Origin: Chrysomallon squamiferum
Lineage: Eukaryota; Animalia; Mollusca
Reading direction: 5' to 3'
DNA length: 64,000 nucleotides
Assembly: GCA_012295275.1 (NCBI GenBank)
Contig: CM022672.1
Location: forward strand, 15,996,001-16,060,000
Shown here: piece by piece, positions 56,340 through 64,000 of the stretch
How the letters are laid out: each line of letters starts with the position of its first letter
Numbering within the stretch: position 1 is the stretch's first letter
Translations under genes and position numbers: made by a program
The notes under the pieces: model-generated
Told to the model about the DNA's origin: nothing
Databases searched by the model: none
What the model saw: the letters and a program-made list of their open reading frames with translations, nothing else

Positions 56340-56545
56340 TTTTCCCAATCTAGACAACACATCACATATTAATACAAGAGAGAAAGGAGTATTTGTGATC
56401 AAAGCACATATCTTTTCATCATCCTAGCTCTGTGATTAACAATTCAGGAACCATATTTTCCCAATCTAGACAAGACATCTCATATTAACAGAGGATAGGA
56501 AAGTTTGTGAATCATCACTGTACCAGCTCTGTGATTAATATTTTG
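56340..56545. repeat. About 117-bp diverged direct duplication
   Basis: TTTCCCAATCTAGACAA.ACATC.CATATTAA and AGCTCTGTGATTAA each occur twice. Confidence 0.75.
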
Positions 56546-56608
56546 TGGACTCTTTTTTTTCCATTCTAGTTTAATACATCACTCATAATTTCAATTATAT
56601 TATTATCA

Positions 56609-56647
<39 letters not shown>

Positions 56648-57235
56648 GTGTTTCTTATTTTTGTTTTTGAAAAATAAGAAGCAGTTAGCAAATTATGAAT
56701 TTTATGAGTTTATTACTTCTGGGATTAATAAAAAGGACATCATGCTTTCCCAGTCTGGACAGGAACAAAACCAAGAAGAAATGTTCAAATTAACAAAGAA
56801 CTCTTCAGTCTGAATCAATGATTCTGACCATCATAGATACCGATAAAAACCACACGTTATAAAAGCAATTATAATTAGCAAAAGAAAATCTTTCAAATGA
56901 ACCTTCTCATAAACAGGAAAACATACTTGATAAACCAGTCAAGGAACACTGGTTAGAATTGTAAGTAGCTCAGTGGAATCATCAAAAATTAATCTCAAGA
57001 CCAGTAATATTTCAGGCAAGAATACTATCTTGCCCCAATACCATAAAGACAGTGATAAAAGTATGAATCATATTGATAAAACTAATTTTACATTATCTGC
57101 TTGCAGACAAGGATGGTAAAAAATGAAATAGATGTCAACTGAATTTACTGCTTTATAGAATTTATAGATATATATGTTTCTAGTTGTTTGTATATGTGTG
57201 TATATGTATGTGTCTGCATGCGTATTAGTGTATAC

Positions 57236-57279
<44 letters not shown>

Positions 57280-58013
57280 AGATTTGTCTAAACACAAACA
57301 CATACACATTACTTATAACTGAAATGAGAACAATCAATATTAAGGAAAGAGGTGATTACTCAAAAGAAAACTAAATCTATTCTGATACTGACTCTGATGT
57401 TTAATATCAAACTACTATTTAGTTTTGTAAACATATATCAATTTTCCAACATATCAAAATTAATTATTTTAAAATTCTTTCCTTATCAGTCTAGAGGATG
57501 GTGCCAGTAAAAGAACATTATTGCTAAAGACTAATCAAAGTTTACTTGGGAAGATGTGAACAAAAAAAAGTTTTTAACTAATCCTCAAGAGTCTAATACT
57601 GCAAAATGACATAAGCTCCTTGATTTTTTCTCTCCAGGACAGATATGCTTGAACCTTTAATGGTCTCAAGTACGTTTCTGATAGATTTCTATTATGCTTT
57701 TAGCTCATTTATTACAAAGGCAGTTATTGCCATGATATGACTGAAAGTTAACTACAGTTAACTGGACTTTTGAAAATCTTGGCATGATACACTGAAGATT
57801 ATACAATAAATGCAATGTCTGGGAAGTCAAAGCCATGACCAGCAGAGCAGTCACTAAATATACTCAAGATATTCTGTATGACACAATCATAAAATTTATA
57901 ATTTCTCTCCTTTTTTATTATTGCTACTACAACCACTACTATTACTATTACTACTACTACTACCACCACCATAAGTATTATTATTATTATTATTGTTTAG
58001 TTTCTTACTTTTG

Positions 58014-58063
<50 letters not shown>

Positions 58064-59617
58064 GTTTCTTTTTTAAAACTGAAGAAGATGATTTATTATC
58101 TTTTCAACTATTTCAAGCTGTACAAGAATGTACTGAAATTTCAATACATTGATTACTTCAAGTTTTATGTTATTCTGTATTTTTAAGTTGTTTTATTTAT
58201 TTTTATTTTTTTGTCCTCGCACCTGCACATAAGCTGCACATCACACCTCCCGGCTCATTTAAGACCATCAATATTTCTTAACACAATCCTTAATGTGTAT
58301 TCAAGTGACGGTTCGATGTTTTCAAGCTCCCTTTGTTTACCCAGAATCACTGAAGCAGAAAATGTGTTTTCTTGAGTATCATTATTAACATTCAATAACT
58401 GCAGTATAATGGAAAGAGGGGAGGGAGGAAAGCCTGTAAGCAGAATGTGTTAAAAAGTTTGTTTTGTGTGATGATATACACAGAGCACTCCTCTTGGTTT
58501 TCTGTCATCAGTCAAACATTTAACACTAGAGCAAATTATTACTTTTTTAAGTTCTTATTTATTATTATTATTATTACAGAATCTAGAGCTCATCCATTAA
58601 TTTTTCTATCATCAGCTATTGGACATTACTACAGCAGAGTAATTAATTTTCTGTGTTCAGTTGTTTGATGTCAAACATCATTACACAACCCTACATGACC
58701 AGTCTACTTTATACCAGAGGTTTAAAAACACCATAAGAGTTTATTTTATCTGGCCCAAAGAATATCAAAATGTTTACACTTTAAGCATTCAGTTTAACTT
58801 TTGGACATTTATGTCTATGACACAAGTGAAGTATACTGACTAGATTCCTATGATCAGTTGTTGTACAGTCAAATATTCAAAATACTGATTAACTGTCTTC
58901 TGTCAGTTTTGTCAAACATTATCAGATAACACAATAAAATACACTGACTGATTATTCTTTCCTTTAACATTAAACTTTATTTCACAATGATCTTATTTTT
59001 CCATATTTCAAACAGTTTAAAACCATCACTAGTATACAATGATTAATTTTCTGTCTCTGCCTTTATGACAACAGACATTTATTTAATTACTATAGCTTCT
59101 ATCCTCAGCTGGAAATATTTTCCTAATAACACCTACAAGAGCATACAAATTATTGTTTTTAATATCTGAATATTAAATATTTGTTTTAAGATCACATTTA
59201 TTCATTTTCTAGCATCAGCTGTTGGATATATCTTTAACAACACCATATAACATTTTAATATTAACGATTATATTATTTTGATTAATAATGATCTGCGAAA
59301 GATGAAAAATAGGCTATCCTCTGTATTTTATCACTGGCAGAAAAAGCATACCACGACCTTGGATAAACCAGAATGGAAAATGACCCTTGCCATTCATTAA
59401 TCAGGCTTGATCCTATGGCCTATGATCTATGACACCTACAGTTCTGATTTTAATACATCTGTCATTAAATAGAGAGAAACTTCAGTTTTATTACATCCAC
59501 ACATGCTGAGATACTTTATATTATTACACTGCTAGAATGGTATTAATCAATGGAAAGATTAACAATATGAAGTGTGTGTGTAGGTATGTATGTGTGTGTA
59601 CATGGGTGTATAAGTGT

Positions 59618-59653
<36 letters not shown>

Positions 59654-60359
59654 ATGGGTATATGTGTGTGTGTGTATGTGTGAATGTGAAAGGTCTACGT
59701 GATGGGGAATGGGGGGGTATGGAAAGAAAGAAAAAGAAACAAAGAAAGAATGACAAACACAGGGAGAGAGATGAAATGAGAGACACTGAGAGAGATGATG
59801 GGATATATTTAAAAACAATGTTGTTATCCCAGCACTCTACATTAATACTCTGAACTGTACAAACAGAATTTGTCAATGACAGGATGTTTACTTATGAAAT
59901 GTCGTGGATGACAAGCAATTTTGAGTTAACTCTACTGCAGAATGCTAACCCTTCCACCTCCCCTCCAGTCCATCAACCTACTGCAGCATCGTAAACACAG
60001 TCGGCTACTACTACGTCCAAATATCAATGAAGGATGAAGCAATTTTGGAGATATTTTCCCCAATTATTAAAAAATATCGACTCAATTGGCTGTTTTTCTA
60101 TTTGCTTGGAAAAAATGGAAAAGAAAAAAAAAAAAAAAAAAGAAGAAGAAAAAAGATAATGTATATCAAGATGGAAGAGGCAGTTTGTTTAAAGTTAAGA
60201 CATAAAAAGTGACTGCAGTCCCAAAACAAATTATAGATAGTTAGTAGCTTCTGTAATGGAAATCAATGAATTGTATGCATGTCTGTGTGTTAAGTATTTT
60301 TCCATGTATGTGTATGTTACGTTGTTACATATGTATGTATGAATTTATGTTTGTTTGTT

Positions 60360-60511
60360 TGTATGTATGTATGTATGTATGTATGTATGTATGTATGTAT
60401 GTATGTATGTATGTATGTATGTATGTATGTATGTATGTATGTATGTATGTATGTATGTATGTATATATGTATGTATGAATGTATATGTACTATATATATA
60501 TATATATATAT
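60360..60511. repeat. (TATG)n and (TA)n microsatellites
   Basis: Directly visible. Confidence 0.95.
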
Positions 60512-63349
60512 GAATATATGTGTGACTGTCTGTATGTGAGATTCATTTTTGTAACAATTCTGTCAATATATTTTATACAATATTTATGCATGTTGTCAAG
60601 TGCTGTATGGAACAGTTTGGCATTGGATGTGATTGCTTGGTATGGTATATGATATGATGTGATGTGCTGCTGTATAGTCTGGTATGGTGCAATATGATGT
60701 AATAATATGATATGATCTGATATCCTATAGCTAGGCATGCTGTTGTATCAAATGGTATGGTGTGAATAAACAGCACAATACAGTGTCATATAACAATTTG
60801 ATCCTTAAACCTACCAATCTAATTGTTTAACAGACAGACCCCAGGGTGTGAAAATAAATGTGTTTACAAAGAAAACAAGCATGTAATATTAAACATATTA
60901 CGCACACTATTTCTTGTAACAAGTCATACACTGACCTCCTGTGATCTCACACTGTTTTCAAGTACACTGAACTAAAATTATGATAATATAAACGTACAGT
61001 TTCCAGCCACACCCTGTTTTTACAGCATAGCTCCACATACAGAGAATTCCTTCCTGCTATATATATCACTCTATGTGCATGTGCCTGTGTTTGTGTGTGT
61101 GTATATATATATATATGTATATATTTGTTTTTTTTGAGAGAGAGAGAGAGAGAGCAACAGACAGACAGGGAAACACATTAACTTGAGAAGCAAGTTTATT
61201 TATTCCAAATATTGTTAAATTATCTTTGATTTTATAATTTTCATACATTTAAATTTAGTTTAATATTTTTAAACACATTCAATTAAATTCAGTTATTTTT
61301 TAAATATATTTAAATAAAAATTATTATTCTTTCTGTTTTGGCAGAAATTTATTATCAGATTATTATTATTATTTTTTTATTTATTTATTATTTATTTATT
61401 CAGTTTTGATGTTTATTTAATCAAAACATTATTTCTGTATTTTATTATTTTAACACTTTTAAATAAAAATTATTATTCTACTGTTTTTCAGAAATTTATA
61501 TTCTTTCATTTATTATCAGGTTTTTGTTGTTGTTTTTTTATTTATTATTTATTTATTCAATTTTGATGTGTGTGTATGTGATATATATAGATATATATTA
61601 ATATCTGCAGTTATTTTTATTTCTGATACAATTAAAATATACAGATTTAACAACAGCAGCAACCTAAAATATAAACCAACAAAAGCTTCAAGAAAGAAAT
61701 AATAAAATAAAATAAAATAAAATAAAATAAAATAAAATATTGTTTCTGAAAAATACTGAGGGGAAGCAACTCCTTTCAGCTTAAGAGGACACTATTTACA
61801 GTGAGTTGAAGATTTCTATTTAACAGTATAACATTCAAACATTAGCAAAACTATTTTATCAATATGATTTACTTTTTCTTTTTTCATTCATCTATTATTA
61901 TTATTATCATCTGTATTTCTTTATTTTTTGGTCTATTTTCAGTGTAAAAACCACCTCATTAGTGTGTGATTATTTTTGAAAGTAACTAGTACACCTGATA
62001 CCAATGATATTAAACAGCCTCTGGGCACATGGTATTTAGAAACATCTTTTATCTGTTATCACATCATAAATAGTATATCACATATGTACTTTTATATAAC
62101 CCTGGGAAAAAACCCACAAAAAAAACCTCACATTCCAACACAGACAGGAAGAGAAATTGTGTGAAGTGTATTTTAACAACATCTGACAGGTGCACAATTT
62201 TAATAATAACAACTTGAATATTAATAGTAGCATTAATAATTATAATAATAATTGTGATGATGATGAAAATGATAATAAAAATACAACAACAACAATAATA
62301 CTATAAATAAATAATAACAACACCAATAGTGACAATGTTTATGTTTATGAAAAATGACAGTGACGATAAAAATTCATTAACAGGCAAAGAACAATGAAGT
62401 GAAAAAAGCAAGTTCAGTTTTGAAAAAAGAAGATTATTATTACTATTTTATTATTATTATTATTATTATTATTTACTTTCTTACTTACTTACTTACTTAC
62501 TTAAATTCTATTTTGAGTATATTTATTGAAAACACTTTTACAATTCCCTATATTTTTATTTTTTATTTTATATTTAAAACATCTACCCATGCAACTAATC
62601 ATTCACTGATAGTATCTGACTTATCTCTGCTATTTGTCTACCTTCTAGTGCTTACAAATGATGAAATTTATTTTAGTAAACTGAAAAATACAATACTGAT
62701 GATTGATCTGAAGATTACTAATTATTTAAAATCTGATTTAAAATATCATATTCATTTGTACAACACTGTCTTTCGTTGAATTCTTTCTTTAGTCAAGTGG
62801 GCTTTTTAAAATTCTATTCCTTCATTGAACTTTTATTTTCAATCCACTCTTTTCCTTCATTAAACTGATTCCTCAGTCGACAACATTCTTTCATCCATCT
62901 TTCATAAAAAAAAATGTCTTTATTCATTCATCGTCACTCCGTTTTTTCACCACTGCCTCCTGTTCAAACTCATCACAAGTCACACACACACATTAATTCA
63001 CCACAAGCCACTCAATTCTGTAATAATGAAAACAAGAATTATCTCCCCTGCATCAGGCCATTACCACATCCCAGGATGGGAGAGACGAGTCTCCCCAGCT
63101 GCTAATATGACTGGAAAACAATCTGCTTCCCACTGATAATTTACTGTTGATCTTCTGCCACGAATATGATTTTGTCTCACTTCAATTTGATTTCTGCATG
63201 CAGCAGTAACCACACTTAGACGTTAATTGTGCCCACCTGTGTCCAGGCACTGTGTTAAAATTCATAAGAAAAAATCCTCCAGAGGAAAGTGAATGAGAGG
63301 GAAACAATAATTATTCCAGTCAGTGTGTGGCTGCCATTTTCAAACTCAC

Positions 63350-63445
63350 TGCCACAGACAGACACCTACTGATTCAATATCTTTGTCGAATGTGTTTCTG
63401 AAAGGTTTTGACCCAATTCTAAGGAGGTTTTTGTACGCATATGTC

Positions 63446-63447
<2 letters not shown>
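63350..63447 (-). CDS. Weak candidate first coding exon MTYAYKNLLRIGSKPFRNTFDKDIESVGVCLW[Q]
   Basis: ATG, 32 codons, then CA|gtgagt (phase 2). The ATG abuts a (CA)n tract. It is out of frame with the 47781 exon but compatible with the 335-353 exon. Confidence 0.2.
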
Positions 63448-63497
<50 letters not shown>

Positions 63498-63515
63498 ATG
63501 CATGCATGCATGTGC
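63448..63515. repeat. (GT)n followed by (GCAT)n
   Basis: Directly visible. Confidence 0.95.
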
Positions 63516-64000
63516 ATTTGAAAGGGTAATGAAATCATCCATGTATTAAAATATTAAGTAATTAATGTTGACAAGATAAGATGTAGTCTGTTTTAATTTA
63601 GATGATGGTTTCGATCTGTCATTTAAAAACATTTTAAATTCACATATCCATTTTGTCTGACATAAAATGCCCAGGGTAAAAATAAAAGTATAACTTTTAA
63701 TTTAATTTGTTTGTTTTTTTCAAATCATGATGACGTTTGCATCAAATACTTCACATAATTTATATTTAAAAAGTATTAGTATTAGTAGTAGCAGTAAAAT
63801 CAACAACAAGTCTTTTCACATAGTGAATCCCAACAGTAAACATTCACTGTTATACTACTCTCCTGTCTTGCACCCAACCATTTTGAGCAAACACTGATAG
63901 TAATCTAAGCTTCACATCTAATCTAACATGAATCACAGCCATGGTCCATCTCCAGAACCTCAAAGAGATGTTAGCAGCAAACAAGGACTCACTACAAAGA

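Overview
This is very AT-rich, CpG-depleted, microsatellite-dense eukaryotic DNA resembling an invertebrate metazoan genome (mollusc-like by composition only). I found no long genuine ORF, RNA gene, CRISPR array or recognisable transposon, and nearly all ORFs in the supplied track are repeat artefacts. The best reading is the intron-dominated 5' region of one large minus-strand gene that continues past position 1. Several short ATG-initiated candidate first exons (42841-42905, 35977-36056, 9729-9796; weaker 37141-37178, 40154-40284, 63350-63447) and one internal exon (47781-47815) all end in phase 2. Each can splice in frame to a 19-nt microexon (335-353, R-FDRPSK), optionally through a 12/9-nt NAGNAG microexon (7493-7504). 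I cannot identify the gene. The rest is simple repeats, a 69-bp minisatellite, many decayed minisatellites, CpG-retaining patches and clustered transcription-factor motifs. All exon calls come from reading by eye and need RNA or homology support.
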